29,542 nt of DNA. It comes from a virus. Lineage: Duplodnaviria > Caudoviricetes. Each line of letters opens with the position of its first letter. The first letter of the stretch is position 1. The position numbers and the translations under genes are program-made. This document shows, in pieces, positions 1-8,723 of the stretch. Where the stretch lies: the IMG/VR virus record IMGVR_UViG_3300020403_000058, positions 1-29,542 of that record, one strand, 5' to 3'. Below the pieces are notes generated by a model. That model saw only the letters and a program-made list of their open reading frames with translations. It was not told the origin of the DNA and searched no databases.

Positions 1-414
1 CAGGTCAGCGCCAATATCAGTGCCACCGTCGATGTCCAGCACCGAGAGAGGGGTGGTGATATCAACTTCAGTAGACCAGGACATATTGCCCGATCCGTCA
101 ACCTTCATGTAACCACCAGCGGTGGCAGTTGCAGGAAGAATATATGCCTGGTTATCAGTCAGGTTCGCAGGAGAACCCAGTGAAACGTAGTGAGAACCGT
201 TATTTGTACCTTCAACCATGCGGACGGCACTACCAGATGTAGCGCCCTCACGAGTCCAATAACGGGCAGAACCAACTACCTTGTTATTATTTGTAGACGA
301 GTCAATACCAACAAAAAGGTCGTAACTGTCCGTCACCCATCCGGGTTCGCCAGCCTGCAGACCGGGAAGAGCAGCGAGATTACCGCGCTTGAACTGTAAA
401 ACAGGTGCAGCCAT
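1..414 (-). CDS. Tail fibre-like virion protein, N-terminal part (runs off the left edge); Mtd_N/hyaluronidase-N-like start
   Basis: Not in the ORF track. ATG at 414 opens a frame that stays open to base 1: MAAPVLQFKRGNLAALPGLQAGEPGWVTDSYDLFVGIDS...GYMKVDGSGNMSW...DIDGGTDIGADL. The QFKRG..L..GEPG..TD...LFVG pattern and the L..DGSGN.SW motif are typical of phage fibre proteins. A CTAAATA motif lies upstream. Confidence 0.75.
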   Translation of the reverse strand, partial: MAAPVLQFKRGNLAALPGLQAGEPGWVTDSYDLFVGIDSSTNNNKVVGSARYWTREGATSGSAVRMVEGTNNGSHYVSLGSPANLTDNQAYILPATATAGGYMKVDGSGNMSWSTEVDITTPLSVLDIDGGTDIGADL

Positions 415-473
415 TTACTTTTATCTTGTGATTTGAATAATCAACGAGGAATCACGAATGCATTCATCTTCTA

Positions 474-480
474 TATTTAG
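474..480 (-). promoter_or_regulatory. T4-like late promoter motif CTAAATA upstream of the fibre gene
   Basis: Plus strand tatttag reads CTAAATA on the minus strand; intergenic, about 60 nt before the ATG at 414. Confidence 0.6.
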
Positions 481-482
481 AT

Positions 483-866
483 TCAGAACGATCCACCATC
501 GAGATCGATCTTGTCGTCTAAAGCTTGATCAAGGTAATCGATAGCAGTATCCGTAAGACCAGCTGGTCCAGGGGAACTGGCAATCGCATTATCAATTACA
601 GCATCAGGATTTACAAACTTGAAAGAATTTGATGGGGCATCGTAAATTAGAACAAACTTATCGGTAGTTCCCGACAAATTCGTTGTGTTTACATCAGTAA
701 GGTTGATTAGACGACTCACTGCTGACCCTCCTCCGGATGATTGATCTCCTAATGATTGTAAAGAAACAGAAAAAGTCCCCGCCTCTAGGGCAGCGAGACC
801 TTCTTCACTAAGGGAGACATCAAAGTTTCCCCCGGTAGATAACGATACGGAATACTCGTTCTCCAT
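483..866 (-). CDS. Hypothetical virion-associated protein (127 aa)
   Basis: ATG at 866 overlaps the upstream TGA (TGATG) and is preferred over the TTG at 869. Contains L..LTDV....FVLIYD....F and a C-terminal DLDGGSF, patterns common in small cyanophage structural proteins. Confidence 0.7.
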   Translation of the reverse strand: MENEYSVSLSTGGNFDVSLSEEGLAALEAGTFSVSLQSLGDQSSGGGSAVSRLINLTDVNTTNLSGTTDKFVLIYDAPSNSFKFVNPDAVIDNAIASSPGPAGLTDTAIDYLDQALDDKIDLDGGSF

Positions 867-1204
867 CAACTAACAGTCGCGTTTACTTGAGCCTGCCCAC
901 TGATTACTTTTGTAACCTTGCCAGTGATATCACTCGTAACCAATACATCATAATTGTATCTTCCGGAAGTTATAATACCGCTGGCAGCATTGTCCAGCGA
1001 GATCGTAATCTTTCCCTCAGTTGGCGTTGCACCAAAAGTCACACCGAATCCAGCAGCGGGCTGGGCACCCTCATACTTACTCATCTTCGCTGAAAGCGAA
1101 TGATTGGTAAGATCTAGAGGAGAACCATTAGATCCGGTGATGTTGTAGGTAGCAGAAAAGTCAGACCCTTGCTCAACTTGAATATTGACGACGGGAACTG
1201 CCAT
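866..1204 (-). CDS. Small conserved virion structural protein, possibly BppU-N/Ig-like beta fold (112 aa)
   Basis: NIQVEQGSDFSATY...LDLT....AKM...GKITISL...GRYNYDV...KVISGQAQV matches a pattern common near cyanophage tail genes; a perfect TATAAATA lies upstream. Confidence 0.75.
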   Translation of the reverse strand: MAVPVVNIQVEQGSDFSATYNITGSNGSPLDLTNHSLSAKMSKYEGAQPAAGFGVTFGATPTEGKITISLDNAASGIITSGRYNYDVLVTSDITGKVTKVISGQAQVNATVS

Positions 1205-1225
1205 TTTCCATATTCGTTGGTGATA

Positions 1226-1432
1226 TTATTTATAGTTCGCTTTCTCAAGAAGCAAGGTTTCTAGATGAGCTAACCGTGCTTCCAGTTCTTCAATTCGCTT
1301 ATCTCTGGACAGTCGTGCTTCTCGCTCTGCCATATACTTCTCGTATCCACTCTTATCAGTAGATACGATAGCGTTATTCTTCGGATCCCTTACTAGATTC
1401 GGATGATCCTTCACCTTGATCTTCTTGTCCAT
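1226..1432 (-). CDS. Conserved cyanophage hypothetical protein with C-terminal coiled coil (68 aa)
   Basis: KVKDHPNLVRDPKNNAIV...YEKY followed by a heptad-like RIEELEARLAHLETLL; a GGAG RBS lies upstream. Confidence 0.8.
   Translation of the reverse strand: MDKKIKVKDHPNLVRDPKNNAIVSTDKSGYEKYMAEREARLSRDKRIEELEARLAHLETLLLEKANYK
1227..1234 (-). promoter_or_regulatory. T4 gp55-type late promoter, perfect TATAAATA
   Basis: Plus strand tatttata at 1227-1234; overlaps the stop of the upstream ORF, 22 nt before the ATG at 1204. Confidence 0.8.
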
Positions 1433-1459
1433 AAAGTAACTCCCAGAGAAAACCCCAAC

Positions 1460-1591
1460 TCATTTCTTCTTTTTATTGATGCGTTTGATCATCTTAGCAT
1501 ACAAGATTTCTTCCGGAGTATAAAACTCCGGATTTTTCTTTGCTAACTTGATGATCCTTTTCGCAACCTTACGGTCACTTTGGTTCTTCAT
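1460..1591 (-). CDS. Small basic hypothetical protein (43 aa)
   Basis: Below the ORF-track cutoff. MKNQSDRKVAKRIIKLAKKNPEFYTPEEILYAKMIKRINKKKK; its ATG directly follows the TAA of the 2375-aa gene and fills the gap. Confidence 0.7.
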   Translation of the reverse strand: MKNQSDRKVAKRIIKLAKKNPEFYTPEEILYAKMIKRINKKKK

Positions 1592-4500
1592 TTAGGCAAC
1601 TGCGATGGTACGGAAGTCGAGAAGTTTGGGTGCCTCTGCTGAGTTCGTGCTGTTGAATACGATCTTCACTTGGAATGCCGTGAAAGCAGGAACGTTGTTT
1701 GCGGTGTACTCATACTCATTGAACTGACCCTCAAGACTTGGGGAAGTCTTCTTGTCAGTCTTACCGTCGTTGTTCTTCGCGTTGATCACATCACCGTCTG
1801 AATCCAGGTTGTCGAAACCAGGCATCAGTTCAAACACCTTGTCGAAATCGGCAGCGTCTTCACGCTTCAGGCGATACAGGACACGGATGTCAGTTGCAGC
1901 AGGGCGGTTTGTAGCGAAGAGAACTTTCAGAGAAGTGGAGGGGTTCTCAAGGAGAACTTCCTTCGTCTGATAGACCATGTTGTGGGGATCCTCGGTTCCA
2001 TTCGAGCGACGGTCAGTCTTGTAGTTGGAAACAGGATTGTTGATCCGGTTGGATTCTGTGAGGATGGAAGACTTGAACACGTCAATCACAGGAGACACGT
2101 TTTCGTTCTCACTGCTCATGGTCGCTTCAAAGGTGAAGGACTTAGCACCAGGCATGGTGAGCAGGGTGTTCTTCTGCTGCTCGTTATCGCGGGAAGCGAT
2201 GATACGAGTGGTCTTGAACTCAGTCTTACCGAGCAGAGAGATGTCCTCAAATCCTTGATCCAGGAAGGATGCTTCTCCTCCATCAACACTGGTACCGGAT
2301 GTGGTACGTATCTTGGCAGTCACTTGTGTTCCAGTAGGAGCACTGTGAGAGATGTTGGGGTTGACGGTATCGAATGCGATGTTTGCAGAACCACGTCCGC
2401 GATCACCACCACCGATCTTGTCCTTAGCAAAGAAGTTGCTGCCACCATGCTTCACGTAGTAGTGGTCAAGACCAATCTTGTCATCGATGCTGTTGGTGAC
2501 ATCACCGAAACTATGCTGCTTGTTGATCTTCCGGAGGGAGACACCAGCAAGTTCATACTTCTGAACCGGAGCATCAATCTCGTGGTTCATGACGATGGAA
2601 TCATCCACGTTACGGGTGATTGTTCCAGTCAGTTGGTTGGTGCCAACAGACGTGTAACTGATGATCTCATCACCGATAACAGCGTAACCAGGATTGCTAG
2701 GAGTGACCTGAGCACCTTCAAACATGTTGAATCCCATGCTGCTTGCCACACTCACGACGGAGGTAACACTTGCTGCATAACCAACAGTCAGTCGAGTAGG
2801 AACACTGTCGCCAGTAATGCCTTCCAGAGTCACATATGATGTGCTGGAGTGGTTGCCATGGTTGGGGTGGTTGACCTTGAAGTGGCGACCATCGTACTGA
2901 TCGGTGTTGACAGTCACAGTGTCAGGAACGATTGCACCTTGGACAGATGCAATACCTGCTTGTGCACCAGCAGTGGGGATGTATGAGATGGCATCGCTAG
3001 TGTTGAACTCGGTGCCAGACACATTGGTCAGAACCAAACCACTGACAGCAGTGGTAACACCCACAGTCAGGAGGAAGTTGCTTCCAAGACCCTTGGTGCC
3101 GAGGTTTGCAGTCAGTGTGTCACCAACTTTGTAACCTTCACCAGTCTGGAATCCTTTGACGGTTGCTTGAGTGATAGCACCACTGGAGACAGTGACGATA
3201 CCGACACCAGCCAGACCGCGACCAGTCACAGTCAGGAGAGGAACGTCGTTGTAAGTTCCATCCTCGTAACCAGAACCTGCATTGGTGATGCTGAGGGTGT
3301 TTGCAGCAGTGCCAAGGTGTGCCAGTTTCTCAGCAACCACACCGCGAGCGGTGGTGTTGTTTGCCTGAGACATGATGGTTCCCTCAACGATATGAGGATT
3401 GCCTTCCATACCAGAAGACAGACCAACGAACACACGCTTAGCAAATGTCTCGATCGGGTTCTCAGGAAGTTTGTTCCGTGTGCCGTAGAGATTCAGTTGT
3501 GGGTTGTAGAGTCGGACACTACCGCTGTTGGCAGTGAACTTCGCCTTGTAGGAGACATACTTCAAGTCTTCCAACTGGGAAGCAGTCCAGGTGTTGTTGC
3601 TCTGTGCTTTGAACAAGGAACCTTGAGCAGGCTGCTTAGCAACCACCACACGTTGGAACTGGTTGATGTTCAGGGTGTTGATGTCTGCTTCACCCACCTG
3701 AGAGATCCAGGCGTCATAGTCACCAGAGGCAGAACCCAGGTAGAACGCATAGTCACCTGCAGGCAGATAGACAGGAGCAGGGAAAGTGAAACGAGTCGGA
3801 ACAGAACCATCATTAGAGATGTTCACCTGATCCGGGTTCAACTCAACCTCACTGTGCTTCATCACCTTCACAGAGGGATAACCATTCTCCAGAGGAACAA
3901 TACGAACCTTGATAGGAATGGTTTCAGACCTGCTCTGGAAGAACATGTCAACACCAGTCATGAAGATGCCAGGATCCTCAGTAACAACAAAGGACTGTGC
4001 CAGAGGATCGTCGTTGTTGTTCTCCTGAACGTTGGTTACATTAGTAACATTGGTGATGCGATTGACATTAGTAACGTTCGTGATGTTGTTGGTAGTATTA
4101 TTAGTAATATTGGTGATGTTATTGATCACCGGTTCTGGCAGTGCAGGTTCTGTACGAATCACAGTAGTTTCCGTGATCTCAAAACCTTCACTGAAGAACT
4201 CAGCACTGGTGTTACTAGCGTTCTTGCCTGGGATCAAGTTCTCTGGGCGAATCTGCAGCATGGATGCAGTGTGGTCACCATCACGGAACATATCCGGTGG
4301 GATGTAGTAACAACCTTGCACACATCCAGTCTCGTCAGTAATCAGACGGACATCAGCAACAACTGCCTGAGCACCACTGGACTCACCCACCAGCACCATG
4401 CCAGTCTCCAGAGTTCCGAAGAAGTTGGCATCAGACTTCTGGTTCAGTGACTGGGTGTCAACGTTCAGTACAGAAGTGGTTTCAGAGTATGCAGAAGACA

Positions 4501-7500
4501 GACCCACATTGGTGTTGTAGGGGTTCTGCGAGTAAGTGATGGTCGGAGCGTTGAATGGACCATCCTTATGGTTCGGTGCAGCAAGACGGAAGCGAATGTC
4601 AAAACCTTGACTGTTGACCTGGTTGCTGAAGGTGTAACCACGGACTGCTTCACCGATCTGGAAAGAACCGCTACCAGGAGTGACTTCAATCAGTTTGGGG
4701 ACAACATAAGAGTTGTCATCCGTCATGTCAGTGCCATTCCAATATGCAAAGTGCTGGGTGTTGGGTTTCAGCACAGTGCAATCAAACTGAATGTTCTGTT
4801 CCCGCAGGAACGGAAGGGGTTCAGTCTGAGCAAAGAAGTCATTAGCAAATCCTTCACCCTCAGTAATCGTGACCTGGTTGCGGTCGATGAAAACGTCAGA
4901 GTCAGGAGTCAGGTTCATGATACCGCCCCAATCGCGGTACATGTAGGGGTTCACACTCTCAAGACGTGTGGCAAAGTTCTGACTACGGTCAACAACCTCG
5001 TCATATGCCAGGGTGACCACGTCACCAGTCTTGACAATGTTCGGGGAACCTAGGTCGTTGGTGTAACGAGGATCCACTGTGGGATCAGGAGCACCATTGA
5101 GTCCAACAACGGTGTTAGAACCGATCAGGAGATCGATGCTGTCACGGTGCTGCTTAGCAATCAGAGTGCCGTTATCAAGTTCGTACTTGATCTCAGTCTG
5201 AGTTTTATCTGCGACATCGAAGTTCCGGAATGGGTCAACAACGAAACCATTCTTGAATCGATCAAGACCAGTGTCAGGATCCTTGATAGTCAGACTGTCA
5301 GTCTTTGCCTCAAGCAAGGACAGTGAGGTCATCTCTTCCAGATCTTCAATCCGGTTCTCAAGTTTGCCGATATCCTTCATGGTATATCGACGGTTTGCCT
5401 TGAAGGTTACCTTCGTGTCATAGCGAGCATCGTAAACATATGGTTTGTAATCAATATGTGCCAACTCAAAGGAGTCAGTCATCGGGTCAGGCAGGACCGG
5501 ACGCTCAGCAGGTGTGCCCTGAACAATTGTGAAGGTGTTGTTCTGGTTGATATACAGGCGGTCTTTACGTGCCAGATAGTGCCTGTAGTCAAACTGGATA
5601 GTCTCGTCAGAAACTAGAACGTTAGGAACAGACTGTCCACCACCAGCAAAGTTGCGGGAGTCAAACTCAAACGGGGACCGAGTCGTACCACTGAAAGGTG
5701 CTACGCGAGGGCGCAGATCAATAATATCAGTATTACGGACGTTTCCAAATGCAGGAACTCGGTCGTATTCTGGTTTTTCATAACTAGATGCTGTAAGAAT
5801 GTCACCACCATCTTCAGAGTTGATGGTGTAGTGGTCAAAGTAAACCTTCAGTTGACCTTGGGGTTTGGTCGCATTGGGTTTACGTACAAGACGTGCAAAG
5901 TCATAGAACTCTTCACGCTGTCCGTTGTCCAGCACGAAGTTTGCACGGATGTTGGGGTCGCCAGGGTTGACGCTAGAGATATTTGCCTTGATGCCACTCT
6001 CAGAGAACTCAATCTCTTCAGTCACAATGAAGTTGTTGGAGTTCTTGATGCAGACTTCAACCTTGTCACTGCCATCACGTGCAAGCACCATGGCCGCGGC
6101 ACCTGAACTCTTACCAACACCAATCTCACCGACGATCAGATCGCTGTTGTCACCTGCACTTCCAGTGAAGGAAGAGAGTTGCAGGTTGGGGATGGTGGGA
6201 GCAGCAGCACCAGTTGACTCAAACACTGCATGCACAGTGACCACATCAGGCACGTCCAAGGAGACTTCATCGTCTTGGACACGCTTTCCGTAAACAACAC
6301 TTGGGGTAAGACCATCACCAATACCAGTAGAGATACCGGAGTTGACGTTGGCAGAACCATTGACAACCAGAGTTGCTTGCTTCACCAGTGCCTTCACCTT
6401 GGAGGACACCGAGGACTTCTGCTGAGTGGTCTGAACAACCACATTGCTTTGAGAAGCAGTCAGACCAGAGATGGTTCCAGACTTAGAACCATTAGTGAAA
6501 ACGATCTGGTCACTGCTAAGTGGTTCGACAGAACCATCGTTATAGGAGATCGAATAACGCTCCTCATCAAAACCAGAGTAGATGAAGTCAGTACCAACCA
6601 ACGAAGGTAGGGTCAACTGACCAGCACTGCTGGTGGTTTGACCAGTGTTCTCTTTACGGATGTAAAGAATAGAGTCAGTCAGGTCAACGCTTTCGATATA
6701 CTTGTGAGGCATATCTGCATACAGATAACCCTCATTTGCATCTTTGATCTTGCCTGCAATCACTTTCAGGTCAGTGATCGTGACGTTGCCACTGCCATGC
6801 AGAGCATTGTGTGCAACACCAGAAACAGCACCATCAGAACTGTTGATCAGAGTTGCACTCTGATTGGTTCCGGCGATAGCACTGACTTCCAGGTAAACAG
6901 GATCAGTCTGAGAGACATTGGTGTAAGAAACAATGTCACCGACACGGAGGTTCTTTGCCCATCCAGTAGAAGATGCAGTCAGAGCACCAGCACTGGTCAA
7001 CTGGAACGTGTTGGTGAATGCTTGCTTCTCTTCCAGAACAACGTCAGCAGCAAATGTGCGGGAACCGCCAGTGGAACGGACGGACTTGACATCCTGCATG
7101 TCATGGTCACGGACACTGCTGACCACACGTCCCTGCTGCTCACCATTGATGATCAGGGATTCGTCTTCTTGGAAAGAACCTGCAACATCAGTCAACACCA
7201 TCTCAGTGGTGTTGCTCATGGCGGTACGGAGCATACCCTTGGCACCAGACTGAGAACCCTGCACCCGAGCAGGTGCTGCCAGGGTCATTGCCTGGTTCAG
7301 AGTGATGACAGTATCCAGTTGGATATCAAAGAGCATCAACTCCCACACTGATGCGTCGTTCGCATAAGCAGCGTTCTGAAGTTTGAAGTCATATACCCGT
7401 GCACGTCCAATGCTGTCGCCAGCAGCAGAAGTCTTATTGGCGAGAAGTCGCTTGCTCCGGAGATCAACGAAATCTGCAGAGTCTGCATTCAGTTTGATCT

Positions 7501-8719
7501 GAGCATTGCCAAAGACGTTGTTGACCCGCATGCGGTTGCCAGCAACGAACGGGATGCCACGATCCTTGATCAGTTTGGTGGTACGAGGTTTGGGGACATC
7601 GAGGTTACGATAACCTTGCAGGTAACTCTCGAAACCTTTCACATATGCCTTACCAGGACCCACACCAATACACATCAAGTCCTTAGACGGCACATTGCCA
7701 TCTTCAGTCAGACGACTGGAAAGGAATTGACCGAAGACACTATGCCTATCGTTCAGGCACTCCTTCGCTTCAATCGGGAACTTGCGGACATAGTAGTCAC
7801 CGCTCTCATCGTAAGTACGGCGAGCAAATTCCTTAGCAATCTCGTTATAAACAGTCCGGTCAACTAGTTGCTTGACCTTACCTTCATCGGTACGATACAG
7901 TTCAATGAAGTTCTCATCATTGAAGTCTGTAAGGGATTTCTTAGTCAGAGACAGACTAATCTTCAGTCGATCTGCACCAGGAGCAGTGAAGTTAGAGAAT
8001 CCAGCAGCGTTGTCAAACAGAGTATTGTCATCAATAGCAGTGACAATCTCTTCATTGACCTGGAAACCAACCCGGTAAGACGGACGGTTGGTGTATTGAT
8101 CGAGAATGAGGGTGTCAGTAGGAACCTCAACGAAGGCACCACGTGCAAAGAACACACCACGGATCAGTTTGAAGGAACAACCAGTGCCAGTTGCAGACGC
8201 AGCGATTGCTGAAGCAAAGTCAGATCCTTCAGTTACAGTGGTAACACCGTAAGTAAAATCTTTGAGGGTAACAAGGTTCTCACCATCCAGGAAGAAGTCA
8301 TCCTTCAGGTCAGTAGAACTTCCCTCATACTTGATGTAAAGGGTTGTATGTCCTGTGACGGAGGCAGATCCAGAGAGGACATTGACCACCTTGGCGGTCA
8401 CACCAGACACCTTGCCCTTGATACGAAGACCAACCAGTTGGTCGTAGTAGGACTCTACAGGAACACCAAAGAATGTAGGTTCTACCTTGACATACGTATA
8501 GTCAGGGTCGTAGTTGAACTTACCAGGGATAACTACGGATCCCTCCTTGAACATATGCTTACCAAACTTCTCAATCTGCCCTTGGAGGACAGACTGGAGT
8601 GTGGTCAGTTCGCGTGCCTGAACCGGTGACCCTGGTTTGAAAAGAATCTTGGTATAATTCTTCTCAGAATCAAAATCGTCAAAGTAAGGGCTAACGTTTA
8701 GGTTGGTGTTCTGTGGCAT
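1592..8719 (-). CDS. Large virion structural protein, DUF4815/VrlC-like (2375 aa)
   Basis: N-terminus MPQNTNLNVSPYFDDF...ILFKPG.PVQARELT.LQS.LQ.QIEKFG.H.FKEG; also APGADRLKI, ARRTYDESGDY, RRYTMKDIGKLE.RI, DRFKNGF.VD.F and DPLAQSF; lies right after gp8 as in T4-like cyanophages. Confidence 0.85.
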   Translation of the reverse strand: MPQNTNLNVSPYFDDFDSEKNYTKILFKPGSPVQARELTTLQSVLQGQIEKFGKHMFKEGSVVIPGKFNYDPDYTYVKVEPTFFGVPVESYYDQLVGLRIKGKVSGVTAKVVNVLSGSASVTGHTTLYIKYEGSSTDLKDDFFLDGENLVTLKDFTYGVTTVTEGSDFASAIAASATGTGCSFKLIRGVFFARGAFVEVPTDTLILDQYTNRPSYRVGFQVNEEIVTAIDDNTLFDNAAGFSNFTAPGADRLKISLSLTKKSLTDFNDENFIELYRTDEGKVKQLVDRTVYNEIAKEFARRTYDESGDYYVRKFPIEAKECLNDRHSVFGQFLSSRLTEDGNVPSKDLMCIGVGPGKAYVKGFESYLQGYRNLDVPKPRTTKLIKDRGIPFVAGNRMRVNNVFGNAQIKLNADSADFVDLRSKRLLANKTSAAGDSIGRARVYDFKLQNAAYANDASVWELMLFDIQLDTVITLNQAMTLAAPARVQGSQSGAKGMLRTAMSNTTEMVLTDVAGSFQEDESLIINGEQQGRVVSSVRDHDMQDVKSVRSTGGSRTFAADVVLEEKQAFTNTFQLTSAGALTASSTGWAKNLRVGDIVSYTNVSQTDPVYLEVSAIAGTNQSATLINSSDGAVSGVAHNALHGSGNVTITDLKVIAGKIKDANEGYLYADMPHKYIESVDLTDSILYIRKENTGQTTSSAGQLTLPSLVGTDFIYSGFDEERYSISYNDGSVEPLSSDQIVFTNGSKSGTISGLTASQSNVVVQTTQQKSSVSSKVKALVKQATLVVNGSANVNSGISTGIGDGLTPSVVYGKRVQDDEVSLDVPDVVTVHAVFESTGAAAPTIPNLQLSSFTGSAGDNSDLIVGEIGVGKSSGAAAMVLARDGSDKVEVCIKNSNNFIVTEEIEFSESGIKANISSVNPGDPNIRANFVLDNGQREEFYDFARLVRKPNATKPQGQLKVYFDHYTINSEDGGDILTASSYEKPEYDRVPAFGNVRNTDIIDLRPRVAPFSGTTRSPFEFDSRNFAGGGQSVPNVLVSDETIQFDYRHYLARKDRLYINQNNTFTIVQGTPAERPVLPDPMTDSFELAHIDYKPYVYDARYDTKVTFKANRRYTMKDIGKLENRIEDLEEMTSLSLLEAKTDSLTIKDPDTGLDRFKNGFVVDPFRNFDVADKTQTEIKYELDNGTLIAKQHRDSIDLLIGSNTVVGLNGAPDPTVDPRYTNDLGSPNIVKTGDVVTLAYDEVVDRSQNFATRLESVNPYMYRDWGGIMNLTPDSDVFIDRNQVTITEGEGFANDFFAQTEPLPFLREQNIQFDCTVLKPNTQHFAYWNGTDMTDDNSYVVPKLIEVTPGSGSFQIGEAVRGYTFSNQVNSQGFDIRFRLAAPNHKDGPFNAPTITYSQNPYNTNVGLSSAYSETTSVLNVDTQSLNQKSDANFFGTLETGMVLVGESSGAQAVVADVRLITDETGCVQGCYYIPPDMFRDGDHTASMLQIRPENLIPGKNASNTSAEFFSEGFEITETTVIRTEPALPEPVINNITNITNNTTNNITNVTNVNRITNVTNVTNVQENNNDDPLAQSFVVTEDPGIFMTGVDMFFQSRSETIPIKVRIVPLENGYPSVKVMKHSEVELNPDQVNISNDGSVPTRFTFPAPVYLPAGDYAFYLGSASGDYDAWISQVGEADINTLNINQFQRVVVAKQPAQGSLFKAQSNNTWTASQLEDLKYVSYKAKFTANSGSVRLYNPQLNLYGTRNKLPENPIETFAKRVFVGLSSGMEGNPHIVEGTIMSQANNTTARGVVAEKLAHLGTAANTLSITNAGSGYEDGTYNDVPLLTVTGRGLAGVGIVTVSSGAITQATVKGFQTGEGYKVGDTLTANLGTKGLGSNFLLTVGVTTAVSGLVLTNVSGTEFNTSDAISYIPTAGAQAGIASVQGAIVPDTVTVNTDQYDGRHFKVNHPNHGNHSSTSYVTLEGITGDSVPTRLTVGYAASVTSVVSVASSMGFNMFEGAQVTPSNPGYAVIGDEIISYTSVGTNQLTGTITRNVDDSIVMNHEIDAPVQKYELAGVSLRKINKQHSFGDVTNSIDDKIGLDHYYVKHGGSNFFAKDKIGGGDRGRGSANIAFDTVNPNISHSAPTGTQVTAKIRTTSGTSVDGGEASFLDQGFEDISLLGKTEFKTTRIIASRDNEQQKNTLLTMPGAKSFTFEATMSSENENVSPVIDVFKSSILTESNRINNPVSNYKTDRRSNGTEDPHNMVYQTKEVLLENPSTSLKVLFATNRPAATDIRVLYRLKREDAADFDKVFELMPGFDNLDSDGDVINAKNNDGKTDKKTSPSLEGQFNEYEYTANNVPAFTAFQVKIVFNSTNSAEAPKLLDFRTIAVA
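4028..4126 (-). repeat. Low-complexity N-(I/V)-T tripeptide repeat within the DUF4815 protein
   Basis: Encodes INNITNITNNTTNNITNVTNVNRITNVTNVTNV; degenerate 9-nt repeats such as ttagtaaca and ttggtgatg on the plus strand. Confidence 0.85.
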
Positions 8720-8723
8720 CGTA

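Noticed and set aside
1-414. Diversity-generating retroelement suggested by the Mtd_N-like fibre start
   Set aside because: No reverse transcriptase or template/variable repeat pair is visible, and this N-terminal domain is common in fibres without a DGR
1374-1463. 29-aa minus-strand ORF MSWGFLWELLYGQEDQGEGSSESSKGSEE starting in an ATGA overlap
   Set aside because: It overlaps the 68-aa gene by 59 nt in another frame and contains that gene's RBS; it cannot be supported without expression data
4028-4126. CRISPR-like array or DNA-level tandem repeat
   Set aside because: The units are degenerate, in-frame 9-mers without spacers, so this is a protein-level repeat
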